Origin: an uncultured bacterium
Lineage (GTDB): Bacteria > Patescibacteriota > Minisyncoccia > Phycocordibacterales > GWA1-40-21
DNA: 64,000 nt
Assembly (NCBI GenBank): GCA_963804975.1
Contig: CAWDSG010000002.1
Span: 277,015 to 341,014, forward strand
Direction of reading: 5' to 3'
Position numbers and translations under genes: made by a program. Under the pieces are notes generated by a model. The model had not been told where the DNA came from. It was given only the letters and a program-made list of their open reading frames with translations, and ran no database searches. Shown piece by piece: positions 1 to 10,082 of the stretch; the first letter of the stretch is position 1, and each line of letters begins with the position of its first letter.

Positions 1-195
1 TTAGGAGCTACATTTTCCTATATAATTTCAATGATACTGACATCCGCCTTATCGCTCAATTGGCAATTTATATTTCCTTGGAACGCGGCATTTTTAGGAA
101 TTATTGTCGCAAGTATGGTAGGCTTGGTATTCGGAATCTATCCTGCCCGCCAGGCTTCCAAGAAAAGTCCGATGGAAGCGCTCAGGTATGAGTAA
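1..195 (+). CDS. 3' end of ABC transporter permease (MacB/FtsX family), partial
   Basis: Frame 1 reads ...[24 protein letters not shown], the typical MacB-family C-terminus (FG.YPA..A....P..ALRYE). Confidence 0.85.
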   Translation, partial: LGATFSYIISMILTSALSLNWQFIFPWNAAFLGIIVASMVGLVFGIYPARQASKKSPMEALRYE

Positions 196-198
196 GGG

Positions 199-305
199 CT
201 CGCTCGGCAATGCGATTTTGAGGTACGCATAATTTCTTGCTAGAAATTTGCTCGATACTCGCGCCGACGCGCTCCGTAGCCCTCAAAATCACCTGCCTCG
301 CTCGC
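199..305. repeat. Structured intergenic palindromic element
   Basis: GATTTTGAGG (214-223)/CCTCAAAATC (281-290) inverted repeat; inner hairpin AATTTCT/AGAAATT (231-248); CTCGCTCG at both ends. Confidence 0.55.
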
Positions 306-354
306 TTATGAAATTATGTTATAATTAAACCGTTATAAATAATAATTAAAAAAT

Positions 355-588
355 ATGGCTGGGTTTATTAAAAAATTTATAATGAAGCAGGCAATGAAGT
401 CGCAGACAAAAAACTTGCCCAAAGACCAGCGGGACAGGGTACTCTCGGCCGTTGACAAGGATCCCGAATTTTTTGAAAACATAGCCAAGCAAATCAAGCA
501 GAAAGAAAAAGAAGGAAAAGGCAAGATGGAGGCGTCAATGCTCGTGATGAGGGAAAATCAGGATAAGCTGAGAAAATTGATGCAATAA
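355..588 (+). CDS. Small hypothetical protein (77 aa, Lys/Met-rich, helical)
   Basis: ORF with TATAAT upstream and a hairpin downstream. Confidence 0.7.
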   Translation: MAGFIKKFIMKQAMKSQTKNLPKDQRDRVLSAVDKDPEFFENIAKQIKQKEKEGKGKMEASMLVMRENQDKLRKLMQ

Positions 589-590
589 TT

Positions 591-619
591 AAAACCCCGA
601 GGTTTAACCTCGAGGTTTT
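591..619. repeat. REP-like palindrome copy 1 (AAAACCCCGAGGTTTAACCTCGAGGTTTT), probable terminator
   Basis: Near-identical to copies at 35104, 36074 and 55859. Confidence 0.75.
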
Positions 620-628
620 TGTAAAAGA

Positions 629-658
629 AAAAGGCCGTTCTCAACGAGAGCGGCCTTT
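629..658 (-). terminator. Intrinsic terminator of 676..1443
   Basis: AAAGGCCGTTCTC-AAC-GAGAGCGGCCTTT hairpin followed by a U-rich tract on the minus strand. Confidence 0.65.
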
Positions 659-675
659 GATGCGTAATACAAATG

Positions 676-1443
676 TCAGAAATTAATACTTGTTCCAAAA
701 ACCCAGTTGCCATTTTGCTGGAACTCCAATGTGCCGACTCCCGGCAACACAGTATCGAGATTAACCATTCTGACCTCGTAGTACAGGAAACCTCGAAGTG
801 TTTTTCCAAATTCAATCCCGATAGGGATTGCCGGAGTAAAATTATCACCCCCGGAGGTATCGAACTTAAAACCTCCCATGCTGAAACTTCCCTTAACTTT
901 CGTATACTCAGCACGGATACCAAAAAATGGATAAATCGACCAGCTATCGCTGATGCCATCAAGCGGATAGCATTTCAGGGCCAATGCGACCGGAGTGTAC
1001 ACATGAATCGTATCTAAACTCGATCCATATACATCCATTGTGATATCCTGTCCACCCAAGTTCAACAAAGTTTCCAAAGCGATATATTTGTATTTAACAT
1101 GAAGAAAAAATTCAGGTTCAGCCGATTTGGTATTCAGAAATTGAAACCCCATCGGCAAAGTGCCGGCACCGACGGAAGGGAATGATTTCAGATCAAAACC
1201 AAATTGACCTGACCAATCATTTTTCCGCGCAACTTTGGTGGCTGTCGGCGTAACCGTTTTGCTTGGCGTTGGTGTTACCACCTTCGCTGCCGGTTTAATG
1301 ATTTTCTTCTTTTTTGTCGGAGTCGTATGATTCCTTGATACACTTATGGAAGCTTTTGCGGTCAATCCTTGCGCTTCAACTGAAGAAAAAGAAACAGCAA
1401 AAGCAAAAAGTACCAACACGAATAACATCATTAATTTCTTCAT
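676..1443 (-). CDS. Secreted protein with predicted outer-membrane beta-barrel-like domain
   Basis: Signal peptide (...VEA/Q), Lys/Pro/Thr-rich linker, about 8 amphipathic strands, C-terminal WVFGTSINF; SD GGAGG upstream. Confidence 0.6.
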   Translation of the reverse strand: MKKLMMLFVLVLFAFAVSFSSVEAQGLTAKASISVSRNHTTPTKKKKIIKPAAKVVTPTPSKTVTPTATKVARKNDWSGQFGFDLKSFPSVGAGTLPMGFQFLNTKSAEPEFFLHVKYKYIALETLLNLGGQDITMDVYGSSLDTIHVYTPVALALKCYPLDGISDSWSIYPFFGIRAEYTKVKGSFSMGGFKFDTSGGDNFTPAIPIGIEFGKTLRGFLYYEVRMVNLDTVLPGVGTLEFQQNGNWVFGTSINF

Positions 1444-1539
1444 TTTTTCCTCCCAGAAAAAATTTTGTTTTGTAAAACAACAACTAAAAAATCCTTCAAT
1501 AAAGAAGATCTTTAAAGAGGATTAAAAACTACTGGCAGT

Positions 1540-1568
1540 AGTCTATACCATAATAAAGAAAATGTCAA
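1540..1568 (-). promoter_or_regulatory. Sigma70-type promoter of 676..1443
   Basis: TTGACA-17 bp-TAGACT on the minus strand. Confidence 0.6.
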
Positions 1569-1608
1569 GTAATTTTATTGATTTTGATGATTGATATAAA
1601 AACTATTT

Positions 1609-1669
1609 TTATAAAGGACATTGGCTAAATTATAAAGGACATTAGCATAATAAGATAAAATGTCCTTTA
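1609..1669. promoter_or_regulatory. Putative operator array (TAAAGGACATT x3)
   Basis: TTATAAAGGACATT at 1609-1622 and 1630-1643 (direct, 21-bp period) plus inverted AATGTCCTTTA at 1659-1669. Confidence 0.55.
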
Positions 1670-1732
1670 GAATAAGAACTTGACATTTTTTGAGATAAAT
1701 TTTTCCAATTTGAAAGAAAATTGAATTTTCAC

Positions 1733-1760
1733 TTGACAATAAAATTGTTTATGATACGAT
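1733..1760 (+). promoter_or_regulatory. Sigma70-type promoter of the giant surface protein gene
   Basis: TTGACA-16 bp-TACGAT with an extended -10 TG. Confidence 0.5.
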
Positions 1761-1963
1761 GTTGTCATATTAAGCTCTTTCAAAGATTTTTTACAGGAAT
1801 TATGTAAAAAAGTTCTTTATTTTCTACATGTTTTAAGGTTTTTGTTTGAAACTCACGTATTAGTTTTTTTGATATTTTTCAGTATAAGCAACTCATTTAA
1901 AATTAAATTTAGCAAATTAAAAGCACTTTAATGTGCATTCGTTTTTTAGCCAGTAAAATTATT

Positions 1964-4900
1964 ATGTTTAGCCATTATCAAAAAATAAGCAGATTCTTAG
2001 GCAATATCACAACTATTGTCCTTTTGACCATTGTTGTGTCATTTGGCTTTGTTTCTTTTGCGCATGCTGCTACCACAACACTTTCATATACAGGAGATCC
2101 TATAGATTCTTGGACAGTACCTCAGGGTGTTACTAGTTTGACAGTTAGTTTAACAGCTGGCGGAGGGGGTGGCGCTGGCGGTGCATTCACATTTGGCGGT
2201 GGTGGCGGTGGTGGTGCAGGAGCATCATTTTCTCAAACTATTTCAGTATATCCAGGACAAATAATTGCTTATGTCGTTGGTGCCGGAGGCGTTGGCGGAA
2301 CAAGCGGTTTTATAAATTTTGCTGGCGGCAGCGGTAATGACGGAGGATATACTACATTTGGTACCACAACAGCTTTTGGTGGCAAAGGTGGACAAGGAGC
2401 TACATACGGTCATCCAAATGGAGGACAGGGCGGACTTGCTGGTGGAATTGGAGGAAATGCTGGTACAAAAGGTGATGATTACATTGGACAAAGAAGTTGT
2501 GGCGGAAACGGCGGATCATCTCTTATTGGAAATGCTGGACTTGGCGGTTGTGGTGCTAGCGGTTGGTCTACTCTTCCTACAGCTGGAACAAATGGTGCTG
2601 GTGGTGGAGCAGGAAGTGGATGGGCATATTATGAACATCCTGATATTAAAGATGCAGGAGCAAATGGCGGAAATGGCCTTATTGTTCTTTCATATACTCA
2701 AGATCTTGTAGCTCCAATTATTACAATTCTCGGCTCAAATCCTCTTACTTTGGAAGCAAGCTCAACTGAAATATATATTGATGCCGGTGCAACTGCATTT
2801 GATGATGTAGATGGAACAACCACAGCTACCACAACTTTTAATAACGTAAATCTTGCCGCAACAGGAACATATTCTGTTGTTTATTCCGCTACAGATAAAG
2901 CGGGAAATACAGCGACATCCACAAGGATTGTGAATGTTGTAGATGATATTGCGCCGGTTATTACAGCTCCAGATACTCAAGTGTTTGAAGCTACCGGTGC
3001 AACAACAACTCCAATATTAATACAAGCCGTAGCTACTGACGGTTTCGATCCAAACCCAGTTATTACTTATAATCCTCACGATTTTACCTTGGGAACAACC
3101 ACGGTTGTTTGGACTGCCACCGATTCTTCGGGGAATTCAGCCACAACCTCATCTTTAGTGGTTATAAAGGACACAACTGCTCCTGCAATTGTCCTTAATG
3201 GTTCATCAACAATGTCCTTAATGATAGGCGACACCTATACAGAACTTGGAGCAACAGCTTATGATTTGGTAGACGGAACGACAATAGTAAATACTATAGG
3301 AACTGTTGATACAAATGCTACCGGAACATACCAAATTCTCTATACTTCTAGCGACAATTCTGGAAATACAGCTATAACTTCAAGAACAGTAATTGTAACT
3401 GCAACACCAGATACTACAGCTCCGGTTATAACAATTCTTGGAAATAATCCAGAAACTATAACTCTCGGTTCAATTTATACAGACGCCGGTGCAACTGCAC
3501 TTGATAATATTGACGGCGATATCACTTCAAGAATCGCAAGTTCAAGTGATGTAAATACTTCTGCAACAGGAACATATTCTGTGATTTACACAGTTTCTGA
3601 CAATGCAGGGAATGGTGCAACCTCTACAAGAATTGTAGATGTTGTTGCAACAGCACCAATACTTTCATCAATTAGTATTTCACCTTTGAACCCAACACTT
3701 GCGGTAAGCGCAACAACAACGTTTGTCGCAACAACTTTGGATCAGTATGGAAATCCTTTTGCAACGACAACTGCTTGGAATAGCTCAAATACTTCAGTTG
3801 GAACAATAGATGCAAGCGGAATCTTTACCGCGCTTTCAGAAGGAACAACAACAGTTACAGGAACAACCGGAACACTTTCAACATCAACAATGGTAACTGT
3901 AACCCCAGTTTCTGTCCTTGATACAACTGCGCCAACAACCCCTGTGATAACTGGAGTTAGCGCAACAAGCACGATTGTAAATCCAGCGATTATCTCATGG
4001 ACCGATTCAACAGATTCTCAATCAGGACTTGCGGGCTATTTATATGAAATAACTATTGTTCATCCAAGTATGATAGCAACAACAACAGGCGGCTTGACCT
4101 TCATTACTGCAACAACAACGAGTTTTGATCTTGCTTCCATAACTTCTGGAAAACCAAACCCATATTGGTTTAATGTTGCTGCTATTGATAATGCTGGAAA
4201 TATCTCAACAACGACAAGTTACGGTCCGCTTCTTGTGTCTGATTCTCAGGTATTGATTGAAAATTCAAATCTTGGAGGTACATTCTATACAATATATTCA
4301 CCAACACTTGTAAATTCTCTTCTTGCACCAGTTGCAACAACAACAGGTACAACAACAATAACAAATTCCACACTTTCAACATTCTGGGATGTAAATAATT
4401 CAAGCATTACAAACACAACGATCAACGATGTAAATTTGGATGCAGTTACAGTAACGAATTCAACATTAATAAATTCTGATATAGCGAGATGCATCGTCAT
4501 AAATTCTCTTGTAAAAAATTATTATGCTAGAGATTGTCATATTGCATACTCAGTACTTGACCCGTCAACTTTGTACGATTTCATAAATTCAACAAGTACA
4601 AATTCACAAATTTATGCTTCAGATATTTATGATTCTGTAATATCAAATCATTCTTATATTGCTACATCAACAATTACAGGTTCAACAATAGATTCTTCAA
4701 CAATAACTTTGAGTACTATCGCAACCTCAACAATTACAGGTTCGGTTATTGCAAATAGCGACATAACACTTTCAACAATTACTGATTCTACAGTTTCATC
4801 ATCAACACTCACAAACGTTGTTTCCGCAAGCTCAACCATTACAAATACTGTATTGTCAGATGCAACAACCACGAATGCAGTAATACATGATGGTATTATT

Positions 4901-7900
4901 GACAGTGGAACAATAATAATAGGTGGAAACACTTATGTTATTACAACACCAACACTGATAAGTTCACTTGTTCCAACAGTTGTGGTTACTCTTGCATCAA
5001 CCACACCTGTTTCAGGAAATATTACCGTAGGACAATCATCTGTTGATCTTGCAGAATTCACATTTACAAATAATTCTGCGACTTCCGGCGAGATAAACCA
5101 AATTACATTAACGAGAACGGGATCATCAACAGATACGACTTTATCGAATGTATATTTGTATCAAGGGTCAAATCAAATAGCGTCAGGAATATTATCATCG
5201 GGTCAAATTGTTTTCCTTAACAATTCAGGTTTATTTACGATTGCATCAAATACTTCGGTCACGGTGGCGATAAAAGCCGATGTTTCTCCATCTGCTAATG
5301 TTGGTAACACAATCGGATTTTCTCTCACTCAAATTACAGCGCATTCATTAGCGGTATCAGCAGTATTTCCATTAACAGGTTCTTTGATGACTGTTGTAGG
5401 AACAACTTCTGTTCCAGTAACATCTATCTTAGTTAATTGGACAAGTGAAGTAACAACAGTTGATGTTGGTTCAACTTTGCAAATGACCGCAACGGTAAAT
5501 CCATCAAACGCAACAAATAAAAATGTTATATGGTCTGTTGCAAACGGAACCGGATCAGCAACTATCGATTCGACAGGAGTTTTGACTGGCGTCGCAACCG
5601 GAACCGTTATGATTGCAGCTTCATCAACAGATGGCTCTGGTGTTTTTGGAACGACAACAATCACAGTTATCCCAAGCGGAAGTTTGGTACCTGTTATTAC
5701 AGTTATCGCGCCAAACCCATCACCAAACGATAATTCAGTATTATGGATTCACGGAGCTCATTTGGGATTTGCTACTTCTAGCTATACCGCTATCTTTTCT
5801 CAAAACAGCAGTGTTGTAGCAACGACATCTATATCATCTACAAATCCAAGCGGTTCAGATCTTGAAGCTAATTTTCCAATAGGTATTTCAGCCGGAGTTT
5901 ATCAGGTTTCTATTTCTGACCAATATGGTACAAGCAACTCTTTTGATCTTACTGTTACATCATCCGGAACAGTAATTCCAACATTATCAAGCATTACAAT
6001 CACCACTCCGGCAGACAAACTTATCTACACATTAGGCGATTCGCTTGATATCACAGGATTGGTAGTCACAGGAACATATTCGGACGGCTCCACTTCAACC
6101 GAGCCGCTCACTCTTGCCGACGTTTCCGGTTTCGATTCATCTGCCGCATCCTCAAGCGAAACATTAACGGTCACGTATCAAACACAGACAACTTCATACA
6201 ATGTTGCGATTAATCCAACTTTAATGCTCGATTCAATCGCCATCACGCATCCGGCAGACAAACTTATTTATACTGTCGGTGATTCACTTGATATCACAGG
6301 ACTAGTAGTTACAGGAACTTATTCAGACGGTTCAACATCGACTTTGCCGGTCTCAGTTTCAAATATTTTTGGATTTGATTCGTCAATACCAAATCCGAGT
6401 GAAACTTTGACAATTGCTTATGAAGGAAAATATGTAAGCTTGTTTGCTACAGCGACTTATACAATTACAATTAATGCCGGTCCAAGCGGTCCAATTGCGG
6501 TCACAGGAGTTACGGTTAGTCCGACGTCGCTTAATCTTACAGCAGGCGGAGCAACCGGAAATCTGACAGCAAGTGTTATTCCATCAAACGCAACCAATCA
6601 GAATATTTTCTGGAACACTGACAATGCGGAAGTTGCCACAGTTTCAAGCGGAGTAGTCACGCCGATTGCCGCGGGTATAGCAAATATTACAGTCACAACC
6701 GAAGACGGAAGTTTTGTTGCCACAAGCACAGTTACAGTTACAGCAACATCAACACCGCCTCCAACGTTACAAAGCATTGCTATCACTTCGCCTGCAACTA
6801 AACTTTCCTACAACATCGGAGACACTCTTGATATCACAGGACTTGCCGTCACCGGAACTTATTCCGACGGTTCAACTTCAATTGAACCGATCAGCGTTTC
6901 AAACATTTCGGGATTTGATTCTTCAGCTGCAAATCCAAATGAAGTTTTGACCGTTACAGTTAGTGGACTTACAACAAATTATACAGTCGTTATAAATGCA
7001 GGAAGTGTTTCAACTCCGGTCTTATCATCAATTTCCATTTCAGCTTCACCTCTCACTTTGGCAGTCGGTTCAACCACACAATTTACAGCAACAACACTGG
7101 ATCAGTTCGGTGATTCAATACAAGCGACGGTAAATTGGTCAAGCTCAGATACCTTAGTCGGTGATATAGATGCAAGCGGATTATTCACAGCTTCTGCAAC
7201 AGGAACAACTGTTGTTACAGGAACAGCTGGAACATATAGTGCAACTATTACAGTTACAGTATCTGATTTTTCAGACCAAACTCCGGTCCTTTCATCAATA
7301 AGTATTTCGGCTCCATCTTTAACATTAGCTGTCGGTTCAACCACACAATTTACAGCAACAACACTGGATCAGTTCGGTGATTCAATACAAGCGACGGTAA
7401 ATTGGTCAAGCTCAGATACCTTAGTCGGTGATATAGATGCAAGCGGATTATTCACAGCTTCTGCAACAGGAACAACTGTTGTCACAGGAACAGCTGGAGC
7501 AACAACAATATCAGCTACTGTAACAGTATCAGTAATTTCAACAGGAGGAGGTTCAACACCAGTTCCAACATTATCAAGTATTGCAATTACATCACCAGCA
7601 AACAAATTGTCATACAATATTAATGATAGTCTTGATATCACAGACCTTGTTGTCACCGGAACTTATTCCGACGGTTCAACTTCAATTGAACCGATCAGCG
7701 TTTCAAACATTTCGGGATTTGATTCTTCAACAACAACTCCAAGCGAAGTTTTGACAATTAATGTCAGCGGATTGACTACAACTTATACGATTACGGTAAA
7801 TGCCGGTCCAAGCGGTCCAATTGCGGTCACAGGAGTTACGGTTAGTCCGACGTCGCTTAATCTTACAGCAGGCGGAGCAACCGGAAATCTGACAGCAAGT

Positions 7901-8995
7901 GTTATTCCATCAAACGCAACCAATCAGAATATTTTCTGGAACACTGACAATGCGGAAGTTGCCACAGTTTCAAGCGGAGTAGTCACGCCGATTGCCGCAG
8001 GTACAGCGAATATCACAGTCACCACAGTTGATGGAGGATTTGTCGCCACAAGCACAGTCACGGTTTCCGGCGGCAGTTCAACAACCACACCGGTACTCAC
8101 TTCAATAACCATTTCACCTTTGAAGCCAACAATCGTTGCCGGAAATAAAAAAACCTTTACGGGAACTACGCTTGATCAGGACGGCAATCCGTTTGCAACA
8201 GCAATCGCATGGCAAAGTTCCAACACTTCAATCGGCACCATTAATTCAAGCGGAATATTTACAGCGGTTTCAGCGGGAACGACAACAATCACTGCGACTG
8301 CCGGGACACTCTCAGCATCAACAGTTGCAACAGTCACTTCAGCAAGAAATACAAACGGAGGTGGCGGCGCAACAAACAATACTCCTCCTACGATCGTGAT
8401 CATTGGCGATAATCCTGCCACAATCACAGTCGGTGGAACTTACATTGACGCAGGAGCAAATGCATTCGACAGCACAGACAACACAATCACTTCAAGAATA
8501 ATAACTTCAAATAATGTAAACACGGCGATGGCCGGAACATACACGGTGTATTATTCAGTGACCGATAGTTATGGAAATACAACAACAGCAACCCGTATGG
8601 TAAATGTCATTGGTTCAAATAATAACGGAACAAATACAAACAACACTGTAACTTCGGAGACGTCGCAAACTAATGGTGGCGAATCATCAAATTCTTCAGC
8701 AACATTACAAAATAATGGCGGAGGAACAGAAGTCACTTCAGGAACCGGAAACGGAACAATTCCATTCATTGATTTGGGAAATATACTTCCGTCAAAAGTT
8801 TCCACAACGACTTATGTTGCAACAAGCACTGCTTCATCGGGAGTCGCTCAGGTTTCAACCTCAACAAAAGCAGGTTTGCTTGCGGCAGTCGGCCTTGCGC
8901 TCTCAAGCATTCCTAAGAATCTGATTGCGATTATTCTCTCAATTCTTGTGCTGTTGATTGCAGGATATATAATCTACAAGATACAGGAAGATTAA
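1964..8995 (+). CDS. Giant cell-surface protein (Gly-rich domain, DUF5011/HYR-like, Big_2 and Big_3-like Ig repeats, beta-helix-like segment, C-terminal TM anchor)
   Basis: Signal peptide (...FAHA), APVITILG.NP/DAGATA.D..DG repeats, LDITGLVVTGTYSDGST repeats, hydrophobic C-terminus; alternative start at 1931. Confidence 0.85.
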   Translation: MFSHYQKISRFLGNITTIVLLTIVVSFGFVSFAHAATTTLSYTGDPIDSWTVPQGVTSLTVSLTAGGGGGAGGAFTFGGGGGGGAGASFSQTISVYPGQIIAYVVGAGGVGGTSGFINFAGGSGNDGGYTTFGTTTAFGGKGGQGATYGHPNGGQGGLAGGIGGNAGTKGDDYIGQRSCGGNGGSSLIGNAGLGGCGASGWSTLPTAGTNGAGGGAGSGWAYYEHPDIKDAGANGGNGLIVLSYTQDLVAPIITILGSNPLTLEASSTEIYIDAGATAFDDVDGTTTATTTFNNVNLAATGTYSVVYSATDKAGNTATSTRIVNVVDDIAPVITAPDTQVFEATGATTTPILIQAVATDGFDPNPVITYNPHDFTLGTTTVVWTATDSSGNSATTSSLVVIKDTTAPAIVLNGSSTMSLMIGDTYTELGATAYDLVDGTTIVNTIGTVDTNATGTYQILYTSSDNSGNTAITSRTVIVTATPDTTAPVITILGNNPETITLGSIYTDAGATALDNIDGDITSRIASSSDVNTSATGTYSVIYTVSDNAGNGATSTRIVDVVATAPILSSISISPLNPTLAVSATTTFVATTLDQYGNPFATTTAWNSSNTSVGTIDASGIFTALSEGTTTVTGTTGTLSTSTMVTVTPVSVLDTTAPTTPVITGVSATSTIVNPAIISWTDSTDSQSGLAGYLYEITIVHPSMIATTTGGLTFITATTTSFDLASITSGKPNPYWFNVAAIDNAGNISTTTSYGPLLVSDSQVLIENSNLGGTFYTIYSPTLVNSLLAPVATTTGTTTITNSTLSTFWDVNNSSITNTTINDVNLDAVTVTNSTLINSDIARCIVINSLVKNYYARDCHIAYSVLDPSTLYDFINSTSTNSQIYASDIYDSVISNHSYIATSTITGSTIDSSTITLSTIATSTITGSVIANSDITLSTITDSTVSSSTLTNVVSASSTITNTVLSDATTTNAVIHDGIIDSGTIIIGGNTYVITTPTLISSLVPTVVVTLASTTPVSGNITVGQSSVDLAEFTFTNNSATSGEINQITLTRTGSSTDTTLSNVYLYQGSNQIASGILSSGQIVFLNNSGLFTIASNTSVTVAIKADVSPSANVGNTIGFSLTQITAHSLAVSAVFPLTGSLMTVVGTTSVPVTSILVNWTSEVTTVDVGSTLQMTATVNPSNATNKNVIWSVANGTGSATIDSTGVLTGVATGTVMIAASSTDGSGVFGTTTITVIPSGSLVPVITVIAPNPSPNDNSVLWIHGAHLGFATSSYTAIFSQNSSVVATTSISSTNPSGSDLEANFPIGISAGVYQVSISDQYGTSNSFDLTVTSSGTVIPTLSSITITTPADKLIYTLGDSLDITGLVVTGTYSDGSTSTEPLTLADVSGFDSSAASSSETLTVTYQTQTTSYNVAINPTLMLDSIAITHPADKLIYTVGDSLDITGLVVTGTYSDGSTSTLPVSVSNIFGFDSSIPNPSETLTIAYEGKYVSLFATATYTITINAGPSGPIAVTGVTVSPTSLNLTAGGATGNLTASVIPSNATNQNIFWNTDNAEVATVSSGVVTPIAAGIANITVTTEDGSFVATSTVTVTATSTPPPTLQSIAITSPATKLSYNIGDTLDITGLAVTGTYSDGSTSIEPISVSNISGFDSSAANPNEVLTVTVSGLTTNYTVVINAGSVSTPVLSSISISASPLTLAVGSTTQFTATTLDQFGDSIQATVNWSSSDTLVGDIDASGLFTASATGTTVVTGTAGTYSATITVTVSDFSDQTPVLSSISISAPSLTLAVGSTTQFTATTLDQFGDSIQATVNWSSSDTLVGDIDASGLFTASATGTTVVTGTAGATTISATVTVSVISTGGGSTPVPTLSSIAITSPANKLSYNINDSLDITDLVVTGTYSDGSTSIEPISVSNISGFDSSTTTPSEVLTINVSGLTTTYTITVNAGPSGPIAVTGVTVSPTSLNLTAGGATGNLTASVIPSNATNQNIFWNTDNAEVATVSSGVVTPIAAGTANITVTTVDGGFVATSTVTVSGGSSTTTPVLTSITISPLKPTIVAGNKKTFTGTTLDQDGNPFATAIAWQSSNTSIGTINSSGIFTAVSAGTTTITATAGTLSASTVATVTSARNTNGGGGATNNTPPTIVIIGDNPATITVGGTYIDAGANAFDSTDNTITSRIITSNNVNTAMAGTYTVYYSVTDSYGNTTTATRMVNVIGSNNNGTNTNNTVTSETSQTNGGESSNSSATLQNNGGGTEVTSGTGNGTIPFIDLGNILPSKVSTTTYVATSTASSGVAQVSTSTKAGLLAAVGLALSSIPKNLIAIILSILVLLIAGYIIYKIQED
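6473..7998 (+). repeat. Near-exact intragenic duplications in the surface protein gene
   Basis: 6473-6672 = 7799-7998; 7064-7231 vs 7331-7498 (1 mismatch seen); 6848-6925 = 7652-7729. Confidence 0.85.
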
Positions 8996-9005
8996 ATTTA
9001 AAAAC

Positions 9006-9040
9006 AAAAAACTGCCCGCCTCACGGCGGGCAGTTTTTTT
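9006..9040 (+). terminator. Intrinsic terminator
   Basis: AAAAAACTGCCCGCC-TCAC-GGCGGGCAGTTTTTTT. Confidence 0.85.
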
Positions 9041-9117
9041 TATTTGTGCGGGCTTGCTTCGCGCCCGCCCGCCCAATTTCTTTATTAAATCAATAAAATT
9101 TGCTATCATTCTTCTTT

Positions 9118-9981
9118 ATGGAAATCATTCCTCAACTCATCATGAACAGCATTATCGCCGGAGCGATCTATTCCATAATCGCTCTTGGTTTTAATCTTAT
9201 TTTCAGCACGGTTAAATTTTTTGATCTGGGATACGGGGCGCTTACAGCTGTCGGCGGCTATTCCGTTTTTTTTATTTTTGACAAACTTGGCCTCAATCTT
9301 TGGTTTGCAATAATTGTCGGCATCATAGTCGCTGGACTCATCGGATATCTCATCGACAAGCTCGTTTATAAAAAATTAAGGAAAAGGAAAGCATCGCCGA
9401 TGGTTTTTCTTGTCGCATCACTTGGAGTTTTCACTGTCATTCAAGCGCTTATAGCAATTCTTTTTTCTAGCCAGTTCCAGACATTAAGTCAAGGCAGCGG
9501 AAAAGTTTTCCAGATATTCGGAGCTACTATCACGGAAGTCCAGCTTATTATTTTTATCTGCGGACTTTTGATCATGGGAATTCTCGCAATTGTTTTAAAA
9601 ACCACGAGATTTGGAAAAGCCATAAGGGCGGTGAGCGATGATGAAGAAGTTTCAAAAATCGTCGGCATAAGCACGGACAAAATTATTGGAAAAGTTTTTT
9701 TCATCGGTTCTGCTATCGCTGGACTCTCGGGAATACTCATCGGCTTTGACACCGGAATTGAGCCCACAATGGGCTTTTCACTTCTTTTAAAGGGCGTTAT
9801 CGCTTCCATAATCGGCGGAATAGGGAATATCTACGGCGGAGTTCTGGGAGCTTTTCTTTTGGGTTTTGTGGAAAATTTCGGCATCTGGCAAATCTCCGGC
9901 GAGTGGAAAGATGCCATTGCTTTCGCGCTTCTGATTATCTTTTTACTGTTCAGGCCGAAGGGGATTTTTCCAAAGAAGTGA
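9118..9981 (+). CDS. livH: Branched-chain amino acid ABC transporter permease LivH-like
   Basis: GAIYSIIALGFNLIF, TRFGKAIRAVSDD, IIGGIGNIYG and LLFRPKGIF motifs; ATG at 9118. Confidence 0.88.
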   Translation: MEIIPQLIMNSIIAGAIYSIIALGFNLIFSTVKFFDLGYGALTAVGGYSVFFIFDKLGLNLWFAIIVGIIVAGLIGYLIDKLVYKKLRKRKASPMVFLVASLGVFTVIQALIAILFSSQFQTLSQGSGKVFQIFGATITEVQLIIFICGLLIMGILAIVLKTTRFGKAIRAVSDDEEVSKIVGISTDKIIGKVFFIGSAIAGLSGILIGFDTGIEPTMGFSLLLKGVIASIIGGIGNIYGGVLGAFLLGFVENFGIWQISGEWKDAIAFALLIIFLLFRPKGIFPKK

Positions 9982-10082
9982 TTCAGAATATATCAACAAT
10001 ATAAGTTTGCGTTTGCTATAAAAAATGGTAGATTTTCAATATAAGTTTTAAGTTAAATATTATTAGTTCTAAATTAATTATT

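Noticed and set aside
141-155. CCTGCCCGCCAGGC resembling the coding palindrome
   Set aside because: Encodes the conserved YPAR motif of MacB permeases; no sign of an insertion
558-1017. Alternative ORFs 558..962 and 673..1017
   Set aside because: Overlap the better-supported 676..1443 gene, which has an SD, promoter and signal peptide
2160-2680. GGC/GGT-rich repetitive DNA
   Set aside because: Explained by the Gly-rich protein domain; not a CRISPR or tandem DNA repeat
9048-9073. GCGGGC-TTGCTTCGC-GCCCGC small hairpin after the terminator
   Set aside because: Single copy in the window; possibly another micro-repeat but unsupported
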